Source: Patescibacteria group bacterium (GTDB lineage: Bacteria > Patescibacteriota > Minisyncoccia > UBA6257 > 2-01-FULL-56-20). From it: DNA of 64,000 nucleotides. Location of the stretch: NCBI GenBank assembly GCA_024654525.1, contig JANLHI010000032.1, forward strand, positions 128,172 through 192,171, in the 5' to 3' direction. Made by a program: the position numbers and the translations under genes. Under the pieces are notes generated by a model that was not told where the DNA came from, made no database searches, and worked only from the letters and a program-made list of their open reading frames with translations. Below, piece by piece: positions 1 to 9,919 of the stretch (position 1 is its first letter; each line of letters starts with the position of its first letter).

Positions 1-295
1 AGTACTCATAGATGCCGAGCTGGGTGAGGCGCTTCGGCGTAAGCCCTGTTTCCTGTTTCACTTTTCTCGCCGCGGCTTCGGCAAGGAGCTCATTTTTGAA
101 GATTCTTCCGCCGGGGAACCACCATGCGCCTTTTTCCGGTTCGTTCTTGCGCTTCACGAGGAGAAAATGTTTTTTCTTTGCGCCGCCGATCACCACCACG
201 TCCGTGCAAATCAAAGGGAGATAATGATGTATCTCTTTGTAGAGCGCCTCGGGGATTTTATCGGTGATAATTAAAAATCTTTTCTTATTGGTCAT
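1..295 (-). CDS. NUDIX hydrolase (GDP-mannose mannosyl hydrolase-like), 3' end outside the window
   Basis: Manual minus-strand translation from ATG 295: MTNKKRFLIITDKIPEALYKEIHHYLPLICTDVVV...LLVKRKNEPEKGAWWFPGGRIFKNELLAEAAARKVKQETGL, which contains a Nudix box. Confidence 0.85.
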   Translation of the reverse strand, partial: MTNKKRFLIITDKIPEALYKEIHHYLPLICTDVVVIGGAKKKHFLLVKRKNEPEKGAWWFPGGRIFKNELLAEAAARKVKQETGLTPKRLTQLGIYEY

Positions 296-352
296 AGGCG
301 TAATGCTAATCTACTAATTCGTGCGAATGAAGCTAATAATGCTAATGAGAAT

Positions 353-763
353 TTATGAAAGTTTGGTTGTTGGTGTTTTATCAACACGGAGAACGCGAAG
401 CGGTTTTAGGTACTCACTTCTGAAATTTACCAATAAACCGAGCTTCACCTGTGTAACTTGGAGATATCTTTGTACTTGAAAATAATCTTCTTTGGTAACG
501 ATGCGCTTCGCCTTCGCTTCTAAGACTACTTTATCATCAATGAGAAAATCAACAAAATTCCCCGTATCGCCTATTGGAAACTCGCGGCGGTAGGGAATCC
601 CAGTCTCTTTAAGCTTTTCTTCGATTGCGTCGCAATACTGCTTTTCTCTTGCATAACGACCGTGCGTGTTGTGCACGTTAAAACAGATGCCAGTAATGGT
701 GTATGAGAGTTCCGGATGCACTAACCCATTCGCACTATTCGTAGCATTCGAATGAGTTTGCAT
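353..763 (-). CDS. GxxExxY family protein (PD-(D/E)xK-like)
   Basis: ELSYTITGICFNVHNTHGRYAREKQY (GxxxxExxY), DFLIDDKVVLEAK, QVQRYL...LGLLVNF. Confidence 0.9.
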   Translation of the reverse strand: MQTHSNATNSANGLVHPELSYTITGICFNVHNTHGRYAREKQYCDAIEEKLKETGIPYRREFPIGDTGNFVDFLIDDKVVLEAKAKRIVTKEDYFQVQRYLQVTQVKLGLLVNFRSEYLKPLRVLRVDKTPTTKLS

Positions 764-768
764 TAGTA

Positions 769-1965
769 TTACATTTCTATAACTCTAAACTTTGGAATGG
801 AAACGATAAACTTTCCGCCGCCCTTGAGCCACTCCTTCTCACGGGCGACAAAGGTATCCACAAACGCCCATGGGAAAATAAAGAAGTAGTCGGGTTTGGC
901 ATTGCGGGCTTCCGATTCATTTACAATAGGAATCATTGTCCCTACGGTATACTTTCCCCATTTCTCTTCACTCTTGTCTGCGATTGCTGTGACGAGTTTT
1001 GAGGTGAGTCCGTAATACTGAAGGATGGTGTTCCCCTTTGTGGATGCGCCGTAGCCGTATATCTTCTTCCCCTTCGCCACCTCTTTTCTTATAAATGCCA
1101 CTGTTTTATTTTTGTTTGCTTCAAGATCTTTTGCGAATTTTAAGTAGTTAAACTTCGGCTCCGGATAACGAATGCTTCCTTTATTCAATTTCCGCGCGTA
1201 GAGGCGATAGCTTCCGCCATTGATGGAATTTTCTTCCACTTTGAATATCTCAAGTCCATTTCTTTCGAAGAGGTACACGAGTGAAGGATAGGAATAATAT
1301 TCGAGGTGTTCGTGGCAGATGTTTCCAAGGTCGTTTTTTTCTATCATGGGTTTTAACGTCATAAGTTGCGCGATGAAGAGTCCATCGTCCGTCATTACGC
1401 GTGCGGCATCACGAACGAATTGATTCGGGTCTTCCATGTCGTAGAACATCCCGATTGCGGTCACAATTTTCGCTTTTGGTACGCCAAGCTTGTGGTACTC
1501 TTCTTCGCTCCAAAATTCATGAATTCTATGTGTTGCGGTTTTTTTAAGTTTTTCCTGCAGATTGTCCGCAGGTTCACAACCCACTCGCACGAGTTGTTTC
1601 GGATAGAAGCCGAGGAGCGTCCCGTCGTTCGCGCCGATGTCGAGAATCACATCTCCTTTCTTCGGTTTTGCTATTTTCATCGAAGTTTTCGCAATTTCCT
1701 TGAGGTCGGCAATGATGACGGGGGAGAGCCCGGATTGATACCAATAATGTCGCGCATACATAATTTCTTGTGGCGCGGTGTGTTTTAGTTGAAGCAGTTC
1801 GCACTTTTTATTTGCGCACAGCACAAGTTCAAGCGGGGCTTTGACACCCTTCTTGTGATTCTTTGGGACGAAGTCAGACACATAATGGTTACCGAGAGAA
1901 AGAATTTTCTTGAGTTTCTTTCCTCCGCAGAGTCTGCATGATTTTCTTGTGATTATTTTTTGCAT
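769..1965 (-). CDS. NDP-sugar C-methyltransferase (zinc-binding N-terminus, SAM-dependent, C-methyltransferase C-terminal domain)
   Basis: CRLCG zinc motif, DIGANDG, ICHEHLEYYS, YGYGASTKGNT; probable start MQKII at 1965. Confidence 0.9.
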   Translation of the reverse strand: MQKIITRKSCRLCGGKKLKKILSLGNHYVSDFVPKNHKKGVKAPLELVLCANKKCELLQLKHTAPQEIMYARHYWYQSGLSPVIIADLKEIAKTSMKIAKPKKGDVILDIGANDGTLLGFYPKQLVRVGCEPADNLQEKLKKTATHRIHEFWSEEEYHKLGVPKAKIVTAIGMFYDMEDPNQFVRDAARVMTDDGLFIAQLMTLKPMIEKNDLGNICHEHLEYYSYPSLVYLFERNGLEIFKVEENSINGGSYRLYARKLNKGSIRYPEPKFNYLKFAKDLEANKNKTVAFIRKEVAKGKKIYGYGASTKGNTILQYYGLTSKLVTAIADKSEEKWGKYTVGTMIPIVNESEARNAKPDYFFIFPWAFVDTFVAREKEWLKGGGKFIVSIPKFRVIEM

Positions 1966-2010
1966 ATTAAAGCTATAGTAAGACGGATTGATTTTTGGAG
2001 CAAGTAAGAT

Positions 2011-2883
2011 ATGATAAAAATCACAATGCAATTAATAAAAAACCTTTTCGTTTTTATAAATAAAAAATCAAGAATATTAGGCGGGTGGGGTCTGCGAAGG
2101 TTTAGAATGGTGAACGCAATACACAATTACGTTGCGCGAAAAGCTTTCGGAGACAAGGCGGAGGTGAATGGATATTCTCTTTTTATTGACCCCGCCGAAG
2201 GGTTTGCGGTGTCGTCTGTGTGGGAAAAAGATACGACGGATGTTATAAAGAGCAAATTCCATCGGGGGGGGGTCTTCGTAGATGTTGGATCCGACATTGG
2301 TTATTACACGTGTCTGGCGGCGCAACTGGGTGCCGGACATATATATGCCATTGAGCCGAATCCTCACACTAGAATGTTGTTGGAAAAGAACATTGCGGTA
2401 AATGGTTTCAAAAATATTACTATAGTTGGCAAGGCGGCAAGCGACAAGTCGGGAGAAGAAAAGTTTTATACGCATGGGGCTCATAGTACGCTTGGCTACA
2501 ATTACAATAAAAACACATCAGAGCGGACAACGATAACTGTTGAAACGATGCCGTTGGATGTGGTCGTCGGTGATGGCACGGTGAATTTTATAAAGATGGA
2601 TATTGAGGGGTCGGAGCCAAAAGCACTTCGCGGCATGCGGAAATTGCTTGAAAGAAACAAACAGGTGCAGATTATCACCGAGTTTGCCCCGCAATTGATG
2701 GCATTGGCAGGAGAAGACCCTTTTGTATTTCTCAAGAGTTTACATAATCTCGGGTTTATCATTTACGATGTGGATAATATTAATAATCCTATGAGCCCGG
2801 AAGAACTAATGGCCGCATATCGGGAAAAATATAAAAAACTCGGAGATGCTCGTGCGATAACTAATCTGTATTGTGCGAGATGA
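2011..2883 (+). CDS. FkbM family methyltransferase
   Basis: FVDVGSDIGYY, IEPNP, FIKMDIEGSE; in-frame G9 tract at 2264-2272. Confidence 0.9.
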   Translation: MIKITMQLIKNLFVFINKKSRILGGWGLRRFRMVNAIHNYVARKAFGDKAEVNGYSLFIDPAEGFAVSSVWEKDTTDVIKSKFHRGGVFVDVGSDIGYYTCLAAQLGAGHIYAIEPNPHTRMLLEKNIAVNGFKNITIVGKAASDKSGEEKFYTHGAHSTLGYNYNKNTSERTTITVETMPLDVVVGDGTVNFIKMDIEGSEPKALRGMRKLLERNKQVQIITEFAPQLMALAGEDPFVFLKSLHNLGFIIYDVDNINNPMSPEELMAAYREKYKKLGDARAITNLYCAR

Positions 2884-2973
2884 GTTTTTGCGCACGGGAT
2901 TTTATTGTATAGTTCAAACTAACATAGAATTGCCAATTGATTTCTGGAGCAAATAAAGGGTATTATATTCTGT

Positions 2974-4224
2974 ATGCGTATTGCAATTGTTACTTACAAC
3001 TTGAAGTGGGTGGGAGGGGGTCAGCGACTTACTTATGAATTGGCGCAGGAAATAGTAAAGCGCGGGCACTCGCTCGTGATTTATGTTCCCGATGCCGAAT
3101 ACAGCGAGATTGCATATCCGGATTTACAAAAGGGACTTTCTATTCGAACAGTTCCCGTTCCGAAGGGATATCTGTGGTCGCCGCAGAGCAAGTTGCTGGC
3201 GATGCGCCTTGTGTATAAAGTCATTAAAGAGCGATGGTTGAATTCTACCGGAAAACGAATGGCACAAGCACTGCTCGCGGATGGCGATAATTTTGATATT
3301 ATAAATGTCCATGATTTTGCGTATAAAGTTGCCTATTACTACAAGAAGCGGGGAGGAAAGGCAAAAGTGGTGGGGCAGGGAAATGACCCGGCATATCATT
3401 ATCTTCCGCATCCCGAGAGTTATATCTATGACCGCTTGAGCTATTACTTTAATAAATTGAAGGATTATCCTGAACGGAAATTTTTTAGGGCGCTTGATGC
3501 GACGGCGGTGCTCGATGTGTATGGGAAAGAGTGGTACGAGACGCGCGGCGTGCCGCGCGCCGAGGTGGTGCATCACGGCACGGATTTCAACGCGTTCTAT
3601 GCGCCGGTAAAAGACGTCTCGGAGAAATTCAAACAGAAGAAGGTACAGCTTATGGGATTGGGAATCCTCAATCCTTATCGTGGATATGCCTCGCTTATCG
3701 AAACCGTGCGTATATTGCGCGAGTGGGGATACGATGCAACTGCAAAAATCGTCTGTCGCGATTATTGGAAGCGTCCGCTGTGGCGGGAGAATTTGCTTTC
3801 GAGAATACGGGAAGGGCATCTTGAACAATATGTAAGCATTAATTTTGATGGGGTTTCTGACGCGGAATTAAAGAAGTTGTACGCGGAAAGTGATATTTTT
3901 TCATACCTCCTCTACCTTCCCGCACCGCGGAATGGATTCGGATTCTCTTCAAGTATTCCGGAAGCAGCCGCTTCGGGTATTCCCGCGATGACGTGGACTA
4001 CGACGACTTCACTTGAAGCGTTCAAGGACGGGGAAAGTATTATCGCCGCCGAACCGCTTCATGCTGAACAGCTTGCCGCAAAAGTAAAAGAGTTAGTGGA
4101 TAATCCAGAAAAGTATCGCGCGATGGCGTTTGCCGCGCAAAAACTGGTGCAAGAGGAGTTAAACTGGCAGAAATTTACGGAAGGCATTGTGCGTTTGTTT
4201 TCGGAAACGCAAAACACGCGGTGA
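2974..4224 (+). CDS. Glycosyltransferase family 4
   Basis: MRIAIV...GGGQR N-terminus; GFGFSSSIPEAAASGIP (variant EX7E region). Confidence 0.85.
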   Translation: MRIAIVTYNLKWVGGGQRLTYELAQEIVKRGHSLVIYVPDAEYSEIAYPDLQKGLSIRTVPVPKGYLWSPQSKLLAMRLVYKVIKERWLNSTGKRMAQALLADGDNFDIINVHDFAYKVAYYYKKRGGKAKVVGQGNDPAYHYLPHPESYIYDRLSYYFNKLKDYPERKFFRALDATAVLDVYGKEWYETRGVPRAEVVHHGTDFNAFYAPVKDVSEKFKQKKVQLMGLGILNPYRGYASLIETVRILREWGYDATAKIVCRDYWKRPLWRENLLSRIREGHLEQYVSINFDGVSDAELKKLYAESDIFSYLLYLPAPRNGFGFSSSIPEAAASGIPAMTWTTTTSLEAFKDGESIIAAEPLHAEQLAAKVKELVDNPEKYRAMAFAAQKLVQEELNWQKFTEGIVRLFSETQNTR

Positions 4225-5219
4225 GTTTTTCCATGAAAAAAACGTTGGCGAATGTCTATATCTACTGCATCGCGCGGCTTTTTAAATGGGGGACGAGAAT
4301 TTTCGGGAGGAGGGGATTATACAAGGTGTGGCCTTTCGGAATGGTCTATGATTTGCTCTCCGGTGCTCTCCATGCGCATAAATGGCCCGAGGTTATTGAT
4401 GTTGATGGCCATGCTATATATGCACCCGAGGCGGAACGGTCTGTGGTGGCGATGTGGAAGGGAAGGGCGGACGAACTTGAATTCCGTTTGCTGGAACGGG
4501 AAATCCCGAAGGGAGGGACGGTAATCGATGTGGGGGCGAATATCGGGTATTACGCACTCATTCTTGCTCGCGCAGTGGGAAGTGAGGGGCGCGTGTTCGC
4601 ATTTGAGCCGGAAAAAGAGAATATTCGATTTTTAAAAAAAAATATTGAGGAAAATCATTATGGGAATGTGGAAATCGTTTCCGCTGCGGTGGGGGAGAAA
4701 AAAAGTTCCGTAATGTTATTTACATCAAATAGTAATCCTGGCGGGCATCAGATTTATGATTTTGCCGGACGTCTTAAAGAAAAAATAGCTCAAGGGAAGA
4801 ATCTTAATGAATCGGAAATACAAGCGTTGCATGAGCATGAAATGGAAATGCAACGCGGTTATGATGTGGACGTAGTGTCTCTTGATGAATATTTTAAAAA
4901 TTATACTCGCCCCATACATCTTATAAAGATTGATGTGGAAGGCGCCGAGGGGGGTGTGCTTGCGGGTATGCGGCACACCCTTCGGAAAAATCCGAATATC
5001 AAACTGTTTTTTGAATTTTGGCCGGTGGGTATGCGTACTTTCGGCAGTGATCCCCGTGCATTTCTCAATATTCTTGAAAATGAGGGATTTGATTTTTATG
5101 ATCTCAATAATTTCAAGCGATATAAGAACGAATCTGAAAAGATGGATGCTGCGGAACTTTTTAGTCGATACGAAAATTCGCAATCAACAAATGTGTTTGC
5201 GATAAAACACGAGCGTTAG
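4221..5219 (+). CDS. FkbM family methyltransferase
   Basis: VIDVGANIGYY, VFAFEP, LIKIDVEGAE. Confidence 0.92.
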   Translation: MSFSMKKTLANVYIYCIARLFKWGTRIFGRRGLYKVWPFGMVYDLLSGALHAHKWPEVIDVDGHAIYAPEAERSVVAMWKGRADELEFRLLEREIPKGGTVIDVGANIGYYALILARAVGSEGRVFAFEPEKENIRFLKKNIEENHYGNVEIVSAAVGEKKSSVMLFTSNSNPGGHQIYDFAGRLKEKIAQGKNLNESEIQALHEHEMEMQRGYDVDVVSLDEYFKNYTRPIHLIKIDVEGAEGGVLAGMRHTLRKNPNIKLFFEFWPVGMRTFGSDPRAFLNILENEGFDFYDLNNFKRYKNESEKMDAAELFSRYENSQSTNVFAIKHER

Positions 5220-5746
5220 ATGTAGCACCTTTTTTTCAGTATTTCCTTTATTTTTTTGAGGGATTGCATGGGGTTTTCGCGGTTGGTATGAAGTATGAGC
5301 TCGGGATTTTTCGGTTTCTCGTATATTGAGTGAATGCCGATGAAGTTTTTCATGGTGCCATTTTTCACGTTCCGGTAATGCCCTTTGGGGTCACGCCGCA
5401 TGCAGACCGAAACGGGACAGTCGCAAAAAATTTCTACAAAACGCGGAAATTTTTTTCTTGCCGTGGCGCGGACGCGTGCACTGGGGGATATGATGGAAAC
5501 GATAACGTTTTTGCCTTTTGTAAGATGAGATGTTACGAGCGAGCGTACCCTCCGATGATTTTTTCCAATGTCTCTTTTGCTAAAACCTAAATCTTGCGAA
5601 ATGGTTTTGCGTACTTCATCTCCGTCAACTATTACCGAAGGGATTCTTTTGCGCTGAAGAAAAGTATAGAGCTTTTTTGCAAGCGTGGTTTTTCCCGAGC
5701 CGGAAAGTCCAGTTAGCCACACCACAAAAGGAGGATCTTTCTGCAT
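5216..5746 (-). CDS. cysC: Adenylyl-sulfate (APS) kinase
   Basis: WLTGLSGSGKTT P-loop, DGDEVR, DLGFS, RDPKGHY, YEKP. Confidence 0.93.
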   Translation of the reverse strand: MQKDPPFVVWLTGLSGSGKTTLAKKLYTFLQRKRIPSVIVDGDEVRKTISQDLGFSKRDIGKNHRRVRSLVTSHLTKGKNVIVSIISPSARVRATARKKFPRFVEIFCDCPVSVCMRRDPKGHYRNVKNGTMKNFIGIHSIYEKPKNPELILHTNRENPMQSLKKIKEILKKRCYI

Positions 5747-6829
5747 TTACAGATAGTTCAAATCTTGAAGGCGACCGATAACATCCGCAAGCGGAGCTTT
5801 TTCTTTATGATGTAGTATAAATTCTCCTTGCTGAATAAGTTTTTTGAGCGTCTTTACGATGAGCACCGGATTTTCCCCTATCGCGGTTTCCGATGAAAGT
5901 ACGAGTCCGTCCACGCCATCAAGCACCAAGTTGATAATATCGTTTGCTTCGCCGCGTGTCGGTTTATTCTTTTTAATCATAGATTCGAGAATGTGGGTTG
6001 CTACAAAGATTTCCATTCCGGCGCTTGCACATCGTTGCGTGATGAACTTTTGAATAAGAGGTATTTTTTCATAGCCTATTTCCGTTCCGAGGTCATTTCT
6101 GTCGATAAAGATTGCGTCGCTTGCTTTAATAAGCTCCTCAAGATTGCGCAATGCTTTTTCTGTTTCTATTTTAGAGGTTACGCGGATTTTTTTCTTTCCT
6201 ATAAATGTGCGTGCTTCTTGCACATCTTGTGCGTCATTTACGTACGACAACGAAACTTCCGAGATGCCGTAAGAAAGAGATTTTTTAATTGTTGCGCGAT
6301 CCATGTCTGTAAGCATTGATTTTGGCTCCATCTTTTTTTCGAGGCGTATGTTTTTAGGAACGCTTATTGTTCCGCCGGTTGTTACGATGTACGAGCGGAT
6401 TCCCTTACGAGTGTCGCGTTTTGTGTCGGGGGAGAGGACTATTTGATTGTCGTCCAAGAATATTTTTGATTTTTTAGGAATAAGCTCAAGAATCTCCAAG
6501 CGAGTGATCCAGAGAGATTTTTCTTTTACACGAATTCCGAATGGAACGATCGAAATACGCTCATTTTTTTTGAGTATAAGAGGCTTGCCGTCCGGAGCCA
6601 TAATCCTTGTTTCTTTTCCTTGAGTATCGATGATGATTGGAATCTTTTTCGAAATTGCGCGCATGCGTGCAAGGAGCTGTATCGCAAGAGGGAATGGGGT
6701 ATGGCTCAAATTGATACGCAAGGCATCCGCACCTGCGCGGATAAGCCCCCGCATTATTTTTTCAGATTGAGATGTGGGGCCAATAGTGCAAATGATTTGT
6801 ATGTGCGGTTTCTTTTTATATAGTTGCAT
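5747..6829 (-). CDS. Pyruvate kinase-like protein (barrel and B domain; C-terminal allosteric domain absent)
   Basis: CTIGP, RINLSH, DTQG, SKIET, DRNDLG, ATHILESM, PTRGEANDI, LSSETAIG. Confidence 0.85.
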   Translation of the reverse strand: MQLYKKKPHIQIICTIGPTSQSEKIMRGLIRAGADALRINLSHTPFPLAIQLLARMRAISKKIPIIIDTQGKETRIMAPDGKPLILKKNERISIVPFGIRVKEKSLWITRLEILELIPKKSKIFLDDNQIVLSPDTKRDTRKGIRSYIVTTGGTISVPKNIRLEKKMEPKSMLTDMDRATIKKSLSYGISEVSLSYVNDAQDVQEARTFIGKKKIRVTSKIETEKALRNLEELIKASDAIFIDRNDLGTEIGYEKIPLIQKFITQRCASAGMEIFVATHILESMIKKNKPTRGEANDIINLVLDGVDGLVLSSETAIGENPVLIVKTLKKLIQQGEFILHHKEKAPLADVIGRLQDLNYL

Positions 6830-6834
6830 TGATT

Positions 6835-8232
6835 TTATAATAAGGGTTTTCCGGGAAGATTTTTATGTTGCATTCCCAACGCTTTTAAAATGGTTGGTGC
6901 GATACGGAGTGCATCGACTGTTTCGATTTTTCCTTTTTCCTGCAGTAACGGCGATTTCATCACAAATACTCCTTCGGGAGAGTGTCCCGCATCATCAATA
7001 CCCACTGTGGTTTCTTGTGAATAAAGGCCGAAGTTTCCGATGTCGTTATTTACTCCATATCGCAAATTGTCGAAATATACAATAATGTCGGGAGCTTTCC
7101 CGTCTTTTTTCCGATATATGGTTTTGGTATCAAACACGCGGTTTTGAAGTTTTTCTCCACGTTCTCCCTTGATCGCGTTAAGCTTTTTTATAAGATATGA
7201 CTTCAATTTTACCTTTTCTTTTCCGAAGAGATATATTCTTCCCTGATATCCACCCGATGCAATTGCGCAAGTTTTTTTCCAATCAATTTCTTCGTGGCGG
7301 AGGCGTCGGGGAATTTCAAGCGGTGGGGATGTATTTTTTAAAATAAGAAGTTTTTCGCGACGGAGCCAATCATTTAAATTGATACGACATTCCATTCTAT
7401 CCATACCATGATCAGAAACAACGATGATGGTGGTGTGCTTGTCTATTTTTGATGAGGCGAGAAGCTTCCCTAATTCGCGATCTGTGTATTGATAATAATC
7501 ACGAATAACGTTTTTATATGGAGAGTTTTTCAGGTGGCGAGGATGATGTGGATCCATGTGGCGCCAGAACATATGATGAAGGCGATCGGTGCCAATGATA
7601 ACCATATTGAAGAGGTCCCAATCATAGTGTTTCATGCAGTATTGCGCAACGCGGAAATGTTGTGCGGACATGGTGTATGTTTTCTTGATGAGCATATCAA
7701 GGTCGAGTTTCTTATAGCCGGTGAATCCCGCAACGTCAAAAAGATATTCTTTTCCGCGCAGTAGTTTTGTGATTTTTGATTTCAGCGTGCGTGGATGAAC
7801 GCTGTGTTCGTCGAATGATGGAGTGAGAAAATCGGAAATCATGGCGCCATGAATAGGGCGCACGGGATAGGTGAGGGGAATATTAAGTGCAACCACAGTT
7901 TTCTTTTTTTTGTCGAGCATGTCCCAGAGCATGGGTACGCGGATGTTCTCCGAGGTGATAAGCGTATTCATTGATGCGGGACCGGGCGCCTCGGTGTAAC
8001 TATGCACGCCGGTTTCACTCGGGTCGCGTCCGGAATTGATGCTCGTCCACGCGACGATGGAAGTTGGAGGAATGGTGGTGCGCATGCGCGCATACATTCC
8101 CTCTTGCATGAGTCGGGCGATATTCGGTACATCTTTCTTATAGCGTCCGAAGACGAGCTCCGGCACCATGCCGTCCACGCCAAAAACGAACACTTTTTGC
8201 TTTGGTTTTTTCATAGGGTGGCGACTACACAA
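6835..8232 (-). CDS. Alkaline phosphatase superfamily, type I phosphodiesterase/nucleotide pyrophosphatase-like
   Basis: VFGVDG, TTIPPTSIVAW, GTDRLHHMFW, VSDHG, DDAGH. Confidence 0.88.
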   Translation of the reverse strand: MCSRHPMKKPKQKVFVFGVDGMVPELVFGRYKKDVPNIARLMQEGMYARMRTTIPPTSIVAWTSINSGRDPSETGVHSYTEAPGPASMNTLITSENIRVPMLWDMLDKKKKTVVALNIPLTYPVRPIHGAMISDFLTPSFDEHSVHPRTLKSKITKLLRGKEYLFDVAGFTGYKKLDLDMLIKKTYTMSAQHFRVAQYCMKHYDWDLFNMVIIGTDRLHHMFWRHMDPHHPRHLKNSPYKNVIRDYYQYTDRELGKLLASSKIDKHTTIIVVSDHGMDRMECRINLNDWLRREKLLILKNTSPPLEIPRRLRHEEIDWKKTCAIASGGYQGRIYLFGKEKVKLKSYLIKKLNAIKGERGEKLQNRVFDTKTIYRKKDGKAPDIIVYFDNLRYGVNNDIGNFGLYSQETTVGIDDAGHSPEGVFVMKSPLLQEKGKIETVDALRIAPTILKALGMQHKNLPGKPLL

Positions 8233-9367
8233 ATAAACTTTTTTCGCGAAGGAGAAGATTTACAATCTCCGGTCGCATCATTTCCTCCGGTGGATGACGT
8301 TTTGCAATAAGCGCTGCGCGCACTTTGGTGCCGCTTGGGCGTACGCGCTGATTCTCTCCGTGTAGGCATAAGTTTTCAAGTGTCATACCTTTGCAGTCAT
8401 GACAAAATAGCGCTTCTTTGAAGTGAAGAATAATAATGCCCATTTTTGCATTATATTTTGCAAGCGCTTTTTCATAGTCGCGTGGCGCGTAGTAATTTCC
8501 CACGCCAGTGTGATCGCGTCCGATAATAAAATGAGTGCAACCAAAGTTTTTCCGTAGCATTGCAGTGAGAAGCGCTTCGCGCGGTCCTGCATAGTAAGGA
8601 TTATGCTCTAATATACCGAGGAGTGATTTGCCACGAGGAAGAATGTGGCGAGAGAGATATGTATATGCTTTAAGCACCACTTCATTCCGGAAATCTCCGG
8701 ATTTTTTATATCCCACAAGAGGATTTACAAACACACCATCGGTAACTTTAAGCCCTTCACGTTGTACATGTTCGTGTCCGCGATGAGGTACATTTCGCGT
8801 GTGGAACCCCACAATTTTCTTCCAATTTTTTTTCACAAAAATCTCCCGTACTTTTTTTGGAGAGAGATTATAATGTGCAAATTCTCCGCGATCGTCGTGG
8901 AGAAGTATGATATTTCCCGCGATAAGATATTCCTTGCGCGAGAATATTTTTTTTACACCGGGATGTTTCATGTCTGTCGTTTTAAAAATTTGCTTACAGA
9001 AGGAGGTTTTCTTGAAAAGATAAATCTCTTTAACATCCATTACTGCGATTTTTTTTCCGTTTCCCGCGACGAGGAAAACACGCCGCGCATCTTTGATTTT
9101 TTTCCTTTCGGCAAAAGAAATATCCAGGATTATTGGGATAGGCCAGAATATTCCGTTTGTAAGATGCCACGAACTAAGAATGGAATTTACCTCTTTCTTA
9201 CCGAGAAATCCCGTGAGGGGGCTGTATACGCCGTGTGCGATATTGCGCACCTCGATAAAACGTTCTTCCGAGATGTGAAGTTCGGGGAGAGCGAGCTTAA
9301 GAAGGCACGCTCGTTGTCGCGGTGTCGCTATGCGATTAATAAGTTTTCCGCCAAGAGGGTTATTCAT
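8225..9367 (-). CDS. sat: Sulfate adenylyltransferase (ATP sulfurylase)
   Basis: YSPLTGF, FHTRNVPHRGHE, YAGPREA, RKNFGCTHFIIGRDHTG, SGTKVR, MRPE. Confidence 0.95.
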   Translation of the reverse strand: MNNPLGGKLINRIATPRQRACLLKLALPELHISEERFIEVRNIAHGVYSPLTGFLGKKEVNSILSSWHLTNGIFWPIPIILDISFAERKKIKDARRVFLVAGNGKKIAVMDVKEIYLFKKTSFCKQIFKTTDMKHPGVKKIFSRKEYLIAGNIILLHDDRGEFAHYNLSPKKVREIFVKKNWKKIVGFHTRNVPHRGHEHVQREGLKVTDGVFVNPLVGYKKSGDFRNEVVLKAYTYLSRHILPRGKSLLGILEHNPYYAGPREALLTAMLRKNFGCTHFIIGRDHTGVGNYYAPRDYEKALAKYNAKMGIIILHFKEALFCHDCKGMTLENLCLHGENQRVRPSGTKVRAALIAKRHPPEEMMRPEIVNLLLREKSLFV

Positions 9368-9659
9368 TGTTAAGTGGGATGACCTCTTTTGTTTTACTCT
9401 CTGTGCGCCAGATTTTTACATAGACAACCATGGTCGCGGTAAGAAAAATAAGCGCAAGACCGTACTTTATCTGAAGAGGATTTTGATGAATTAAGAGTGC
9501 ATATATAAGTGCAACAATGTTTGCAATGAGAGATATGAAAAGGAGGAGGAAACTCAATCCCTCAACAGTTTTTGTTTGATGCGTTTTTATCATCTGCGGG
9601 ATATAGCAGATACTGAAAAGCACAGTGGCAGTCCATCCGAAAATAGCCGAAAGTTCCAT
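9360..9659 (-). CDS. PQ-loop / SemiSWEET-like small transporter
   Basis: Three hydrophobic helices, YIPQMIK PQ motif, EGLS. Confidence 0.85.
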   Translation of the reverse strand: MELSAIFGWTATVLFSICYIPQMIKTHQTKTVEGLSFLLLFISLIANIVALIYALLIHQNPLQIKYGLALIFLTATMVVYVKIWRTESKTKEVIPLNNE

Positions 9660-9668
9660 GACGATGGT

Positions 9669-9884
9669 CTAGAGATAGCCGAGTTTTTTCAGTCGTTCCC
9701 TTATTTTCGTTTCTTCGGCGAGAAGATGACCATCTCCTTTCTCGAGGAGAAGTTCGCGAAGAATGAAAGAAACGAAGGAGGATGCAGATGTGAATCCGGT
9801 TCCTTGTATCATTTTTTGCACTCGCTCATGGAGTGGGCGGGGGATGGATATGGTGGTGTAATCAGTGCGCTTTTTTTGAGCCAT
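9669..9884 (-). CDS. CopG/ribbon-helix-helix regulator with C-terminal RLKKLGYL tail
   Basis: YTTISIPRPL beta strand, GFTSASSFVSFILRE, IRERLKKLGYL. Confidence 0.88.
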   Translation of the reverse strand: MAQKKRTDYTTISIPRPLHERVQKMIQGTGFTSASSFVSFILRELLLEKGDGHLLAEETKIRERLKKLGYL

Positions 9885-9886
9885 AC

Positions 9887-9919
9887 ATGTAATTATGGGT
9901 AATTACATATAGGTGTCAA
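9887..9919 (-). promoter_or_regulatory. Sigma70-type promoter of the RHH-sat operon overlapped by a 9-bp inverted repeat (putative RHH operator)
   Basis: Minus strand TTGACA (9919-9914), 16 nt, CATAAT (9897-9892); perfect IR ATGTAATTA-tggg-TAATTACAT at 9887-9908. Confidence 0.65.

Noticed and set aside
12-224. 70-aa plus-strand ORF
   Set aside because: Antisense to the partial NUDIX gene on the minus strand.
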